A DNA stretch of 64,000 nt from Struthio camelus (taxonomy: Eukaryota): positions 204,182,640 through 204,246,639 of the forward strand of contig NC_090942.1 in NCBI RefSeq assembly GCF_040807025.1, given 5' to 3'. The notes under the pieces are model-generated. The model did not search any database and was not told the DNA's origin. It saw only the letters and a list, made by a program, of their open reading frames with translations. The position numbers and the translations under genes were made by a program. How positions within the stretch are numbered: the stretch's first letter is position 1; each line of letters begins with the position of its first letter. Positions 14,386 to 28,403 of this stretch are shown here, piece by piece.

Positions 14386-14847
14386 TGCTATTAAATAGAC
14401 ATGTGGTCTGCAGAAAGACAAAAGCTACAAATTAATTTTTTTTCTAACTTGACAGTATTTCTGTGTCAATTCAGTTAATGGGGAAGCATTGTAGTAGGTA
14501 GGTAAGGCAGAAGAGGACTTAGGTATAAAATTGTTGTTTGCTGTCTCTTCTGTTACATACAGAATAAGTATTGCTTTGTGTTCAGATATACCTGAAGGGA
14601 TGAAGTTACATTCAACACCAGAGTTGGTCTTGTTCTTAAATTTTTAATTTGTTTTACAAAGTTGGAGCATAATATTAGCAGTCTTTAATTTTCAGCTCCT
14701 TTTCAATAATAACTAATTGAATTGCTCCTTTCTTCCCTCTATGTGTGATCCTGATTCTGCTGGACTATCTGCTGAACTTCATGACAACATCACTTGTGGT
14801 TTTTGTTGTAACTTACATTTGGCATGTTCCAAATGGACTGATACTAG

Positions 14848-15033
14848 CATAATGAGAGATTCCCTCAAGGAGGTCCATCACAGATGGGTTCACCTCTGGT
14901 TAGTAGAACGGGCTCTGAAACTCCTCAGCCGCCAATGAGTGGTGTAGGTGCCGTGAGTGGTGGACCTGGTGGCTTTGGTAGAGGAAACCCAGGGGGCAAC
15001 TTTGAAGGACCTAACAAGCGTCGCAGATATTAA
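14848..15033 (+). CDS. PSPC1: PSPC1 terminal coding exon (61 aa + TAA), followed by 3' UTR
   Basis: Acceptor ...gatactag|CAT. Encodes [61 protein letters not shown], with the stop TAA at 15031-15033. The basic KRRRY tail is characteristic of PSPC1 and NONO C-termini. Confidence 0.9.
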   Translation, partial: HNERFPQGGPSQMGSPLVSRTGSETPQPPMSGVGAVSGGPGGFGRGNPGGNFEGPNKRRRY

Positions 15034-15299
15034 AACTTACTTCATTCCTTACTGTTTAGAAATTCCAGTAAAAAATATACGGTGGTATGCCTTTATAATT
15101 TTAGCTGTTACCTGGAAACGGTTTTATTGTTATTGTAGTCTTTAAAGCAGTTTCTTTTGTAAAACTTTTTTGTATTCAGTCATAGGCTTTGTAGCATAGA
15201 GCAGAAGTGATGCAGATCATTATGTAAGGCAATGTGTTTGTGACTCTAGCAAAATAACAATATGTGACTATGCTGTAAAACATGCAGTTATCTGATTAC

Positions 15300-15305
15300 A
15301 ATAAA
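15300..15305 (+). promoter_or_regulatory. PSPC1: AATAAA, candidate proximal PSPC1 polyadenylation signal
   Basis: Canonical hexamer about 267 nt after the stop, in AU-rich UTR-like sequence (..ttacAATAAAatataaaaatcac). The UTR could extend further and other signals were not exhaustively searched. Confidence 0.35.
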
Positions 15306-18208
15306 ATATAAAAATCACTTGAAAGGATTTTGGAAATGTTATTACTAATACTGGGCTAGAGTAATTTTATCCTGAATTGTAAATGGTATCATTTTCATTC
15401 TTAGTATGTAGTTTCTCCTATGTGTCAAGAAAATTCTATTCTTAATAGTGAATCTGTTCAGCTAGAACTGCATGTTGCAGTACATATTATGAACAATTTA
15501 CACGGCAACTTCTTAAAATTTGCTTTGACTTTTGAAGAGCATCAGATTTTATACAGAGTGCTCTCTTAAGGGTACTGTGTTCCGGTATCTCAGTCTCCCT
15601 TTGCAAACTTAGTCACAAGAGGCTTATAAGCAGGGTCCATTCAGTATTCAAATTATTTGAAAATTTAACTTTGAAAAAAACTTCAGTAAAGGAATCTGTA
15701 TGTATGTTTTATTCATAACCGAATGAATGGATTTAAGTAAACTATATACAACATACTTCAGTGTGTTCTACTGATCATTAAGGTATCCTGCCATCGCAAG
15801 GGAGGAAATACCTATGCTAGCTGGTTTTAAAGCCTTCCGCTGTCTAATGCATTATCATAAGTATATGTTTTTCCCATGCCTGGCTTGAACAGAAACAAGT
15901 CTGTTATCAGTGGTTAATTGTTCACTTCAAAGGCAAATGTGTGTTTTCCAGTTGAAATAATTGTTCACTTAGAGTATTAATGTACATTTAGAAGGAGCTG
16001 AGCATAAGTATTCTTGATAAATGGTTTGTAGAATGATAAATTTAGAAAAACACACCATTTCTGGTACAGTAACTCAGACTGGACTTGCTGACTGAGTGAT
16101 GTGATAAAACTAATGATAAAGCTATTAGGAAGCTTATTGAGATTCAAATTTTGTCAATGATGGAAGATGATGGAAAAGGCCTATTAGTTCTAATCCTCTA
16201 ATGACAAGAAAGTATGCATATTATTGGTTACTGTTGCTTTTTTTTTCCTGCACAAAATAATTACAATGTGTTAGTTTTTTTTGTTTCTCACTCACATTTT
16301 CACAAACAGAACTTATTAAAATTTGTCAGCATAAATTGTGATGCTAAATTGATTCAAAACCGATTTGCTATAACAATGTACCCTAATTATATCAGAACAA
16401 TTATATAGCTTAAAGCATGGGATGCAAGCTGCGGAGTGTATGTATTCGTTTTTAATATACATCTGTGGTAGTCTTGTTGAATTTAATTGTGAACAAATGG
16501 GTAACAGGAGAAATAGAGGCATTGCTGGCATTCTGGAAGTACAGTATTTGAACTGTCAGTGTTGTATGGCGTAAGTTAGCGATCCAGATAGAATTAGAGT
16601 TGCTACATGTGTAGGTCCTCACCTATCTTTTCCTAGACTCTTAACTTGTAATGCTTCTGTTTTTTTGCTCAGTGATTTGATATAGTTGTCTCATTTTATC
16701 GTTTGTAATGCAATAGTACGGTAGATTTAAAGTTTGAAGTACTGGTTGCCCTACCTGATATTTGTAGCATTTTACAATACTCATTCTTCCAAGAAAGCCA
16801 CAACTGGTTTTACTGAGCATGCGATCCCTAACACTTGAGAAAATAGCTGGTTTTCTCATTAAGGGCAAAGGTTCGCACATAGCTACTACTTAAGCTTTCT
16901 AATTTGGTGTTATGCGCTCAGTTAAAAAATACAGTTTACGTCAGTATGAGTTGGGGTGCCTAAATATTAGATTACTTGTGTTCCATCTTTTCAGACGTTG
17001 TTTTGAACACAACATTTTCATTGGGATTGAGAAAGATAGAACTGTTGTGATTTATTTAGTAGTTATACACTGTAAAGCTGTAAGGGGAACATGTTGAAAA
17101 AAATGTAATTTCAGTTAGGTTCCAGTGGTCTGTTTTTTGTATGGCTCCCCCCCTCGGCCCCCACTCCAAAGGAGAAGACTCGTTCAGGCCTTTTAGGTAA
17201 CTCTCTTGTATTTGTCCAGGTATACACCTGGTTCTCTCATCTCTGTAGTATCTGAATGTTTCAGAAGTTCCTTAAATATACAGTATCTGTTGAAAATGGT
17301 TCATTCTTTCCTTGCCAGCTTCATGGTATTTTAAGTGCATGTTTTTTACTGCATTTTTTTCTACCAAGCAGAAGTTTGTATTTTTTTCCTGAAGGTTGTT
17401 GTAGAGTTTAATTAATGTTAGTGATTTTCATTCCACAGTCTCTCTAAAACTATTCAACTTGGATAGTTCTAGTGATGCTAGCAGGGATTTATCTTCTGTC
17501 CTTATTACAGAACGTTACCTAATCTTTTTTGGAAAAAAATCCATGAACAAAGCCATTAAGTCCTTAAAAAGGCCAAGTACTGAAATGTTGAATTTGGACA
17601 AGGTTTAAAGATCTCATAAAGAATTCCTTTTGTTGCTGATGACAGACTGCCAAATTCTGGTCACAATAGAAGTTTTCTTAGGGCTGCCTGGTTGTGTTTA
17701 TATTTGTATATAGCTCAGTAGTAAGACAGAGCTATGTTTTCTTGTCTGTGGGGGTAACTGGTCCTGGGTATGTAGTGAATGTATAGTACTATTAGGAAAG
17801 GAATGATCCTAACTTATTTCTTAAAAATGATAGGTAGATGCAGCTAAAAAGCTTCTTTTGCTTCAAGATACTGCTCACATGCAGGTAATGATTTTCTTTT
17901 CTTATTCCTCATCTGTTTTACTATCTTTCCCCCACCCCGTGTACATGTGTACTTAAGCTGTACACTCTCTCCCCGTCCTGGCTGACTAGGAAGCAGAGTG
18001 AGGTCCTGACTAATCTTCCTACGCGCTGTTGTAATACACATAATTGTTAATAGCAAAGGATATGAAATTGGTAACTATTGTGAGATTGCTTTTTGGTGAT
18101 CCTTACTGAGATTTTAGGATATTCCTCAAATTTCTGGGCAAAATACTTGATTTTCATGTGAGACACTGTCTTAGTACTTCCATATTGTAAAGTTTTAATG
18201 TTCTACTT

Positions 18209-18252
18209 TAAAAAAAAAAAAAAACCAAAAACAGAAAAACAAAAACAAAAAA
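18209..18252. repeat. A-rich low-complexity tract
   Basis: A14 ccaaaaacagaaaaacaaaaacaaaaaa. Confidence 0.9.
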
Positions 18253-18606
18253 CCCCATAGAGCATATCTATGTTTTACATTTTTATAGAAACAAAATAGA
18301 AAGACTACTTCATGCTGGAGTCATGAAAATTAATCTCTGCACGAGTTTTAATCAGCCTCTGGTTCATGAGCTCTTGGTGGTCACTATAATAGCAGAAGGT
18401 AGCTTCCAAAATATAAAATTAAAAAATGCATGTATTCATGTTTAAACGATGGGAAATAAGTAAATGTTCAGAGCGGTCCCTATATAATAAGGTAATGGAC
18501 AAAACTATGCAAATGCATTTTTCTTTTGTAAACGTTATGTGGACCATCAATTTAAAGCCTTTAAGAAACTTTTATAATACTATTTAGAAAAGTATTAGGT
18601 CTTTGC

Positions 18607-18627
18607 TTTTTTTTTTTTTTTTTTTTT
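18607..18627. repeat. T21 homopolymer
   Basis: Visible directly. Confidence 0.9.
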
Positions 18628-21618
18628 CCCCCATAATGGCTGCTTGCTGTTGAGACAGGAGGGAAGTGGTGGGAGCACTTGAAATACTGTGAACATTGTT
18701 ACTTCTGTACAGTGATATTTTCCAAATGGTCCGAGGTCCAGCATGCATAACTGCATTTGCGTTTGTCATGTTGGTTATTTAAAAGGAAGCTATCTGGCAC
18801 TTAAACAAAAACTATTTTGGTTGTTAGTTCATTTCTGTGTAGTTCCTTCTGTCCGGGTTCCTAATCAGAGAAAGAATATTGATAACTTGTTGGTGATCCA
18901 GGCACACTAAACTATAGTCTTTTTCTAAGAATACTTAAAATATAGTGTGTATTATCTAAAAGAAAATTCCTGATCTTAAGATATTTTACTGTCTATATCT
19001 CTGTTTTAGACTGAAATCCAGTTGGACCTAAAGATAAAATAAATGGGAGACGAAAGGTTTGAACCTCCTTTTTCTTGTATTAGAACAAAACGATGAAACA
19101 GAAAATGGCAGGAACACAATATGACCTAAATAAGTTTAATCAGAATGCAATAGGATTTCATCATATGCATTCTTTGAGTAGAATTCTGATCTAAATCATA
19201 TTGTTATATTTTAAAAAGCTATACCAAACTTTTTGTGTTTTACGCTTTTAATTCTGTTTTTTTTGGCAGTTAAAAATAGAATCATTTGCAATTATAGATT
19301 CTTTTAATAAATTTATTACAAGAGTGCATCAACTTTTATGAAGTACTGATTGTTAAACAGTTACATACTGCCTGGAGATGACTTGGGTGAAATAACTTAT
19401 CTAATTGGAGATTTTCAGATAAAAAAACAAAAAAAAATTCCTTAAGCTTCTCAAAGACAGAACATGCTTTGAGGTTGGAGGTCCAGCAAATAGCAAATGA
19501 GTTTTGTGCTCTGATGGCACTAGGCTTATTTTACTTAAGCAAGTGGCAGAAAGCAGTTTTTTGTCATGCATCTTAATTCAGTGTATCTTTTTTTTTGTAT
19601 AGCAAGGTGAATGAAAATTCTTCCCTTCTCCGTTAAGTTGAAATAAAATATAAATTGATGAAATAAAATCTTGAATGATTTTAAAGCAGGGAAAGCTAGG
19701 TAGTGGCTGATGGAGTCAGCTTAGGTTGGACCGCAGAGATATGGAGAGACTCTCATTCCCTTTCCTGAAACTTGGAATAGTGCGTATATCCATAGATAGT
19801 TCTATGCAGTCTGCATCCATCATGTCTAGTTAGCTTGTACTTGGGCCTGCACTGTGGGACTTGAGATATCCAGCAGACTTTTCAGATGCTATTTGTGTTC
19901 TCAGGTATCCTGAATTTATTAATTTGGGTGCTATGCTATGCAAACATGTGGAGCCATCTTGGAATTCAGTACATTGCTTGAACTGTTTGCTCATTTGAGG
20001 TTAATATTTCCTCCTGTTAAAACTTCCTGATCCTTGAACATACTATTTGCAGAGAGACAGTGGCCTGTGGAAAATGCAGGGACTGGACATTACTCTTTTA
20101 GATTATTGGCTATTTTGTAGCATCTTAGTGGCAGCTTGGGACTTCATCTTAAAAGCATTTGTTTTTAATGAAATCCATTTGATGCAATAGGAGGACTTAA
20201 TAAACAATAAAAGTATCGGGTAAAAGAACCTGCAGTACATTGCAGGTACTTTTTTATCTTTGTCTGAAACTTGTGTTTTAGAGGAGGTGAAATAAACTGA
20301 ATGTTGAATTTTCTGGAAAACGGTACTCCTGAAACAAGCCCTCAATGTGTTCATTTTCAGTGGGATAGATTTAATAGGTCTTTTCCATCTTAAACTTCCT
20401 TAAGCTATAAAGAAAATTAATATAACTGAAATTTGGAGGTATTCACATTGCGTAATTTCAGCATGACTTCTAAAGTCAGGCAGATAAGTTAGATGTCCAT
20501 TTTAGTAAACAGGAAGGAGGTGAGTTTCTTCAGAAAAGCAGTTTAGAACAGGTACTGTTTTTTCTAATTGAATAAACCATTCAGAGTTTAAGTTGAGAGA
20601 TAAGTATAGCCTCCTTACGGGTAAAAAAATCACTTTAAAACTGCTTTCACTTAACGATTCTATTTTTACATCCAGTCATACTAAAAGAAAAAAATCCTTG
20701 TAGATATGGATAAACTTGCTGTGTAGTTCCTCAAATCGGGAACAAAATGCTGTTCATAGGTATGAGATTCAAAAGGACCTTAATCGTGTTGCTGCATACA
20801 CATGTGTTGATGTGGTTTTTTTACTTTGCTTTGGTACATGGCTTGTTTAGAGCTTCTATTGTTCCTAGTTTTATTAGTGCTTTTATATCTATTTTTTGTA
20901 GAGCAACATATAGCTGTATAAGTTGTTTGAATTGACATGCTTACTTATTGTATGTAGAACATCAGTGCTTCACTTAAAAGAAGTGCAGTGAGAATAAAGA
21001 TATTGTTCTTGCCTTTAATTTTGAAGTAAAAAAGATTGCACAGAACCTTGAACCAGGAATAAGCGTCCTGTGTGTAAACTGAAAAAAGTGGGAGGAAAAA
21101 AAAATAAAGTAACGTAATAAAAATGGGAGGATTGTGGTTTAATTTTGTATCTACACCAAATGTACAAAAATAACTTGAAAAGCTGTCATACATCTAAACC
21201 ACTGAAACAATGAAACTATTTTTAATGAAAAAGAAATACCAGTTATTGAATTTTTGTAAGTTTCAGATTTAGTGTTGTGCACATTGTCAAAGAAGGTCAA
21301 AGTAACCAACTGAATAACTGAAATGGGTTAAGTATCCGAAGAGAATTTAAACGTTCACTGGGCGTGGGGGGGGATTGTAGTTGAAGGATAACTTTCTTTT
21401 ATGTAGGACTTAATTTTTGTGGCTGAATACAGCAGTTGTATACAGTGTGCACTTCATGTTTTTGTAAATACGAAATACCTGATTTTAAGGTGATGTGCTT
21501 CTTGTCTAACCTTTTGTAGACTTAAAAACTTACTTACAAATTTATGTATTGCAGCCAGAGAAGTGACAAACAGAAGATTACAAGAATATAATAATGAGAC
21601 ATTTTTTCTCTTCCGCCT

Positions 21619-21620
21619 CC

Positions 21621-21651
<31 letters not shown>

Positions 21652-21655
21652 ACAC
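21619..21655. repeat. Compound C19 homopolymer + (AC)9 microsatellite
   Basis: ccgcctcc then C19 then acacacacacacacacac. Confidence 0.95.
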
Positions 21656-22441
21656 TGGACAGGGTTAGGATATTTTCATGAGCCTGTTCTTGCCTTAATT
21701 TCACTATAATCAATTTTTTATTTTTAATTATGTGAGAGGGGAAAGTGGCTTTATTCTCCGTAAATATTTCAGAGAACTAAAGAAAAAAAAAGTTTTTGCC
21801 ATACTAAATAACCATATATACCTAACCAAGGCGGAAAGAGGAATTATAATAAATCTCTTAAAAACATGTAAAAATAGCCAGGAATATTTGTTATAAATCT
21901 TTTTATAGGTGACTGCTCTTGCTGTTCTGAGCATTTTAATGTGCTTCCTTGATTTTTTTATTTAGTTTCATAATGGTTACCATAGTTATTTGATTAGGTA
22001 GATACAATATTTAGTTTAAAAAAATAAATGCTTCCCTCTGGGTGAAATAACCTATTTACAATTATTAAAACTGTTAAGCAAGGTTAATGCTCATGCTGTG
22101 ATTATAGACACCTGATAGTTGAAACTAACCTTCTAAACTTTTTTATCCTGTATAATTCATGTTGGTACTGTCTTTTTTCTACTTCTTCAAAAAAAAAAAA
22201 ATTATTCTACAGTACTGTTGCTAAGCTTGAAATACGTTTATCTAGTGTAAAATTGAGGGGCAAAAACTCCAAAACTGTAAGCCAGCTACTGCAGTGGTGT
22301 AGAATGCAGTCTCAGTGAAGTGCAAGCTGAAAATGATCTTTTAAAGTTGCTTCTGTTTTAAATATTTGTATGTTTATGGGAAATCCTGAACAAATTTGAA
22401 ATCTGAAAACGTAAATATTGTTTAGGTAGCATAGCTTAATC

Positions 22442-22456
22442 TGTGTGTGTGTGTGT
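22442..22456. repeat. (TG)7 microsatellite
   Basis: tgtgtgtgtgtgtgt. Confidence 0.9.
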
Positions 22457-25400
22457 ATATAAAAAAATAATAGTTCAGTACATATATTGCTGCAGATAAG
22501 GATGATTCTTCCTTTGCCTTCCTTGCTGCTGTTCCTGCTGCCTGCCTGCTTTGTGCCACTCTTGCATCTCTGTGCCCCTGCAAATGAGCAGGGTCAGAGA
22601 AACCCGCTGAAAATTGCACATCCTGCTTATTTCATTGTGGAGGGACTGAACAGCAGGGGGTGGGCACTAGAGCAAGACTCTCTAACTGCGCAGGTGTAGG
22701 CCAATTTGTGCTGTATCTACGTACTCTGAAGAGAACGTAACCTTATATATGTTCTCAGTAAGTGAGTTTAAAGGCCTTTCCAGTCTGAATAGCCCAGTTC
22801 CATTTTACATTTAGTAATGCTTGCCTAAGAAGGCAAGAATTTGAAGTACTGAAGAATTAACTTACTACTGAAATGTTTTACTATATTATATTGCATGTGA
22901 GCTTGATCCATCTCTTCACTTTCTGCAGTTTTTTAGAAGGTGATATGTAAGCCAGTAATACATGGAAAATAGTGTTCTTCACAACTACTCCAGGAAAGAT
23001 AATCTGCACAGTTGCTTTAGCGAAGCAAATGTATTCACGTCGTATTTTTTCTTTGAAGAAAATGCATAAAATGTAGTTCCAAAGATGGGAAATGCTGTAT
23101 TTTAAAAAATGCTAACGTTCTTCATTGTTTGATACAATAGCACTGCGTTGTTCCTTTTATTACTGTAAGCACTTAAGGGAAGAAGCATGTGAAAGGTAAG
23201 CTGCAGCTTCAGTTTTAAACAACTTTGGATCAAAAGCCTTTTCCAGAAGTGACAGTGTAATAAAACAATAGTTGATCTTCTGTTTTGTTGCATTGTGGGG
23301 CATGAGGCTTCTAGAAGTTCTGGCACTGTGTGAGTAACTGTGCCACATCTGAAATTTTCAGAACCAGAGTTGTGCCAAATAATGGAAATAAAGTTTCTGA
23401 GTTAGTATGTGGAGAATGTAATTATCACATTTCAGAAACTAAACATTCAGAGTTATGAAATTATAAACTGATTGTGATATATCGAATTACTGGTTTGTAA
23501 GTGAAAATTATGTCAAGTTGCTTGGTATTAAGGGCTGGCTATGCTTTTAGAGCCGCCATGGTATAAGAGTCGATTGTGACTGTGTTATCCTTTGCATAGC
23601 TTTTGTAATGTTACTTAGGTTGATGCATGTTTCACCTCATTAATTCTTAAATCGCAGTTGTGTGTATCTCATGGTTTATTCACCCTCACTTTTGAGTGCA
23701 AAAATCTCTCTAGAAGGGAGATACTAGGACGTTTTTATCTGTTATGTAACTGTCACGTTTAGGAGTCTCTCTATGGCTCCTTAGTTTTGTGTTCACTGTG
23801 CATGTTCTGTGCAAAAGATGTTTTTCCCGCCACTTACAGAGAGAAAGAATATCGAGCCATTAAAATGGGTTTATTAGGAAAGTAAACGGAAGTGCTGAAG
23901 ATACCTAATACTATTTCTAAAATGACCATGGCTCAGGAGAACGAAATCACGTGATACATCTTTCTGCATGATTACATGTAGATTTTATTCCACTTTTGGG
24001 CCATTTCAGTATTAATGTTAATATATTTTTTTCTCAGTTAAATCTTGATAGGTAATGTTCTGTTTTTAATACACACACATATATAAGTAAACTAATAAAA
24101 AGCATTTGAAGATATTTACTCTGAATGATACTAAGTCTCCAAATTGTATTCAACATAACATAATTTCATCATTTTTAAAGTGAAAGTTAAAAACTGTCCT
24201 GAGTGGGAGTAATACAATCCACTGTGTTTAAAAAAAATTTCTGTGCAGAATTTGTGGAGGAATGTTGCTCTTGTTTGAGTTGCATTGTGTTAATGGGCAT
24301 GTGGTTGTTTACTCTTTAAAGTGGGAAAATTGTGTAAAATTTTTCATTCTAAAGACTTAAAAATGCCATTTGTCTGAATGAATTAGGTCTAACAGCTGGA
24401 TAAAATTATGTCAACATCTCAACCAATAGGATTGGTTAGATTAGGCATGTGCTTTATTGTGGCTAATGCTGTGCAGTAAGAGTATATGAAATGAGACAAT
24501 TCCGGTGATGACAGTTACTGAAGACTGATGCTATGTTTTGCTTTTAAGCCCAGTTAGATAAAAGCTGATCTTAGTTCAGCCTTATTCTTACTACCTTTGA
24601 ACTGAACTCTTTTTTTTTCTTCTTCCAGTTATCTATAAACCTGAATTTCCTAGGTGACTGATACTTTTGGGGAAATAAACGCTAATTTTAAAACTCTGCC
24701 CGCAACCCTGATACTATATTTGTGTTTGTACTTTATTGCTGTAATAGTTGCAGAGGTATTACTTTCGGGATAATTGTTTAAAAATCAGGTATCTTCAAAA
24801 CTGCCTCGTGTCAAGGAAGCTGAATGGTGTATCTTTCGAGAAAGAGGGAAGACTTTTTTTTTCTTAGTAGAAATTTTAGATATTTGAAATATTAGAGCTC
24901 TAAATACTTCACTGGACTGCACTGGAGTATGTGGAATCCTATAACCTTCGGTTAGTATAATGGTGAAAGTTCAGCATTTTCTCCCCTTCCCCAAAACTTT
25001 AGAAGAAGCAGAATGAGGAAGTAATGTGATATACTGACTAAAGTTTTGGGCTGAATCTTGCCTCTTTGAAGACTGTCACTGACCTGTGGGTATCCTGATC
25101 CATCCCCTTTAGAATTTCATTTCCTATTTTTTATTCAGAGATGTCCCGTTATTGTAAATGGCTCTAACATTTCCTGATGATACGAGCTGTATAAAACTTT
25201 ATTCAGGGGATTGTAATATTAAGCCTGACAGAAATAGGTTAGAGGAAAGAGATGATGTCAGATGCACAGTAAAAACCGTTCTTCTTCTGATTCTGCAAGT
25301 CATCGTATCTCCCCACGTGTGTTTCGTTAGTATATGAATATTGTTGTATGTTTTAATGTGTTGTGAGGTTAAAAAGGATTTTCAGCACTTCATGCTGAGA

Positions 25401-28370
25401 AAAAGTCTTGTATCAATTCTGGTGTAATTTCATTTCAAAGTTTCTCAGTAGTCCAAATAAATACACAACAATTAAGTGACTGGATACAGTAGAAATCTCT
25501 TTTAGATGAGTGTCCTTCCTTGACTCGTGGGCATGTGGAGATACTAATTTCGAAAAATAAAAGTAAAGGTGCCCTTCATGGATTTACAGATGTGGGAGAT
25601 CCTAACCTGGAAAAGCACGAAGATTTGACCTCATTTTTCAGTTTCTCTAACTCCTTTTCTTGTAAAATTTGTGGAAGCTACCATTAGAACTAAAAACCTC
25701 AAGTATGACTCTTGATAAACTTTATCTAAAATTCTTGACTATTGTTTCAGAGTTCTGCTATAAATTAAACTGATTTAATGTAAATGTGTAAATAAAATAC
25801 ATGCTTTAATGGACAAAAATAAGTCTGAAATTCTATGTTTCATTAAGGAATGGAGAACAAGAATAGTAACAACGTGGAATTGGCTAGATTTCTCTCTAGA
25901 TTTGTCTACGTAAGCTAAAAGGAACGGAGATGGAAGTCTGTGGATGAGTTGCAAGCAAATGCTGAAAATACTGCTGGAAGAAAAAAAAAAGTTCACACGT
26001 GGGATTTGATTTTGATTCTTTTACTTCTTCCAATATAGACGTGTACATTCAGTCATGAGTTTAGAGAGCTCCTATTGAAAAACAAATGCATCGCAACCCT
26101 GGTCTTGCTCTAATGGCAGGAATGTTTTGTCTTTGCAACAGTAGCCCTGACAGTGTCAGACAAGAGCAGAACTATGAGGATTTACGTTTAGGAAGAGTGT
26201 TATTCTCTTGCCAAAGTGATAAATTTGAGTAATGAATAATTTAGCAGTCAGCACCTTAGGTAGCTTGTCTGTTGATTGGATATATATACAGCTATAATTT
26301 TTTCCAGTTCTTTGAATCAAGTAATGCCTTTGGTTATTTCAGGAGTCACTTTTCCAGCCTCAATTGTGATGTTCATTTTCCAAGGGCACTTAAAGTTTTC
26401 CTTATCTCCTCCTCTGTTTAGAGAATTTCAGTCACACAGTGGTAACTACTGTAATTTGCAGGATGGGGGTGATAGAGTTACGGAGTACTTGAATTGGCCC
26501 TTGCTCATGTCAGCTGCGGGCTACTTGGCTTACACCTCCTTGTTCAATCGTTGCAGTATACTCCCAGATGTTACCTTTTATGAATTATAAATACGGTGTT
26601 CCCAAGGTGCTGATCTGAGCAAGCTTGAATAGGAGCTTAGGAATATTATATCCAAATTTTTAAAAAATACAAAGCCGTTAGACTTGCACTATCAACAACA
26701 CAAATTCATTTGATATTTCATAGTGCTATACTAAGAAAATGGCTATGTTGGATGACTGTTTTGGTCTCCCGAGTTACTAATTTTCTAATGAAGAAGCTAT
26801 CCCAGTTCTACCTTTGTCTCCAGGTGCTCAATTTGAGCTTTAAACTGTTTGGCTCTTTGAATTTGTTTTAGTTCACACAATGTGGTGTGAACTAGAATCA
26901 CTCAAGCTTATGGATAAATAAGCCCTATGACAGCACAACATGCAGTCACATGCTGACCAGATGGAAGATTTTGTAGAATCAAGAGAAATTGACCAAAATA
27001 GATTTTAAATACAACCAAAGTACAATTAAGAGGAAGCAGGAACAAAAGTTGAGCAGGATAGGAGAGCTAACTGTAAGCTCTTTGGTGCTCTTCCATTAAA
27101 AATAGTAGAAGAGTCTGATAACAGGTAAATGTTCTTTCTGCCTTTCAAAGAAATTGATATATCAAACAGTACGCAGAACTTTGTATTTGAAATGTGGACT
27201 TCATCTGAGAAACATGGAGCTTCTTTTCAAGACATAGTAATGCATCTTTGTCTGTAGCATCTTAGAATGGATGTTTTTTCTTTTGTACATCAGAAACAGG
27301 TAACTATGAAGCAACAGTTTCTATATTTTAGTCTATTCCTCAGCACTTTCTCATTAATGTGTTACCTACAAATTTGTCACCTGACACGTACCTGTAACTT
27401 ATTTATACATGTACGTTTTAAAATATGTGAGCATTTTAGTATGGGCTTTCATCATAAAGTCTGAATGAACCCTGTGTATGATTAAAACTAATGTTAACGG
27501 TCAGTCTGATTCAGAATAGCTTAGTCTTGAAGATGATGCCGGTTGATGTGACTTGCATATCTTCCATACGTAAGATGACAACAAAAGGAACTTCCCTATT
27601 TCTTACCATGTGGTCTTAACCTGGTCCTGTGCAGAAGTGTTTGCATTATTGAAGACCTTTGTAGTTTGCTTTCACATGAAGGAAGTTTTAGCTAACTGGA
27701 GTGTCTTTCAGGAATTAAAAAAGGGATAATTTTAGTAGCAGTCCTAAAAACATCGAGATATCTAGCAGTTCAATCTGTTATCCAAACTTGAAAATACTGC
27801 TAGTATCTTGCTTTACTTCAGTCCTCTTTATTACACACTAGCAGGTACTTCCTTCGTTCCACTAATATGAGAGCTCAGGCTTTGGTTCGTTTGTTTGACG
27901 TTCATTTAGAACTATTTCACATTGGGGAGGAAGAATGACTTTTTATCCGATAGGAATTTGCCACTTCCTGTTCAAATTAAAACGGGAAAAGTAAGATGGT
28001 AACTAGGAAGTGGAGATAAATCTTTAGTGGAGGGTCAGTAATACGTTCGGTTGTACAAGGACAAAGACAATGTCTGAGTCCCAGCTTGCCAGACGGTAAA
28101 TTTTGCATAATAATAGGAAGTTGAGAACGTCTGCTCTAGTGTTAGTCAAATTCACAGAATATTCTGCCTTAAAAACCTATCACAGGTTCCTTGGTGTTAC
28201 TATGCACAAATTTAGCCCGGGTCTGACTAATAATTTGCGTAGACTAGGCAAGTGCAGGCTTTCTTTGCTGTAAAGACTAGATATGTCATTGAAACGCACA
28301 GGTAAATTACTTCATGTCTACAAAAGTTAAGTTTTCATGAGAAATGTTACCTTTATTCAACATTATCTTG

Positions 28371-28372
<2 letters not shown>

Positions 28373-28402
<30 letters not shown>
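28373..28402. repeat. T30 homopolymer
   Basis: 30 consecutive T, visible directly. Confidence 0.95.

Positions 28403-28403
<1 letters not shown>

Larger units (their letters stand above)
1..15320 (+). other. PSPC1: PSPC1 gene, 3' portion (partial; upstream exons outside the window)
   Basis: Three plus-strand exons with canonical AG/GT boundaries and mutually consistent phases join into ...[137 protein letters not shown]. This is a near-identical match to the remembered C-terminus of the vertebrate paraspeckle component 1 protein. Confidence 0.8.

Noticed and set aside
28373-28402. T30 (A30 on minus) tract considered as the poly(A) tail of a retroposed sequence
   Set aside because: No target-site duplication and no recognisable retrocopy body upstream on the minus strand. 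It is more simply explained as an expanded homopolymer microsatellite.
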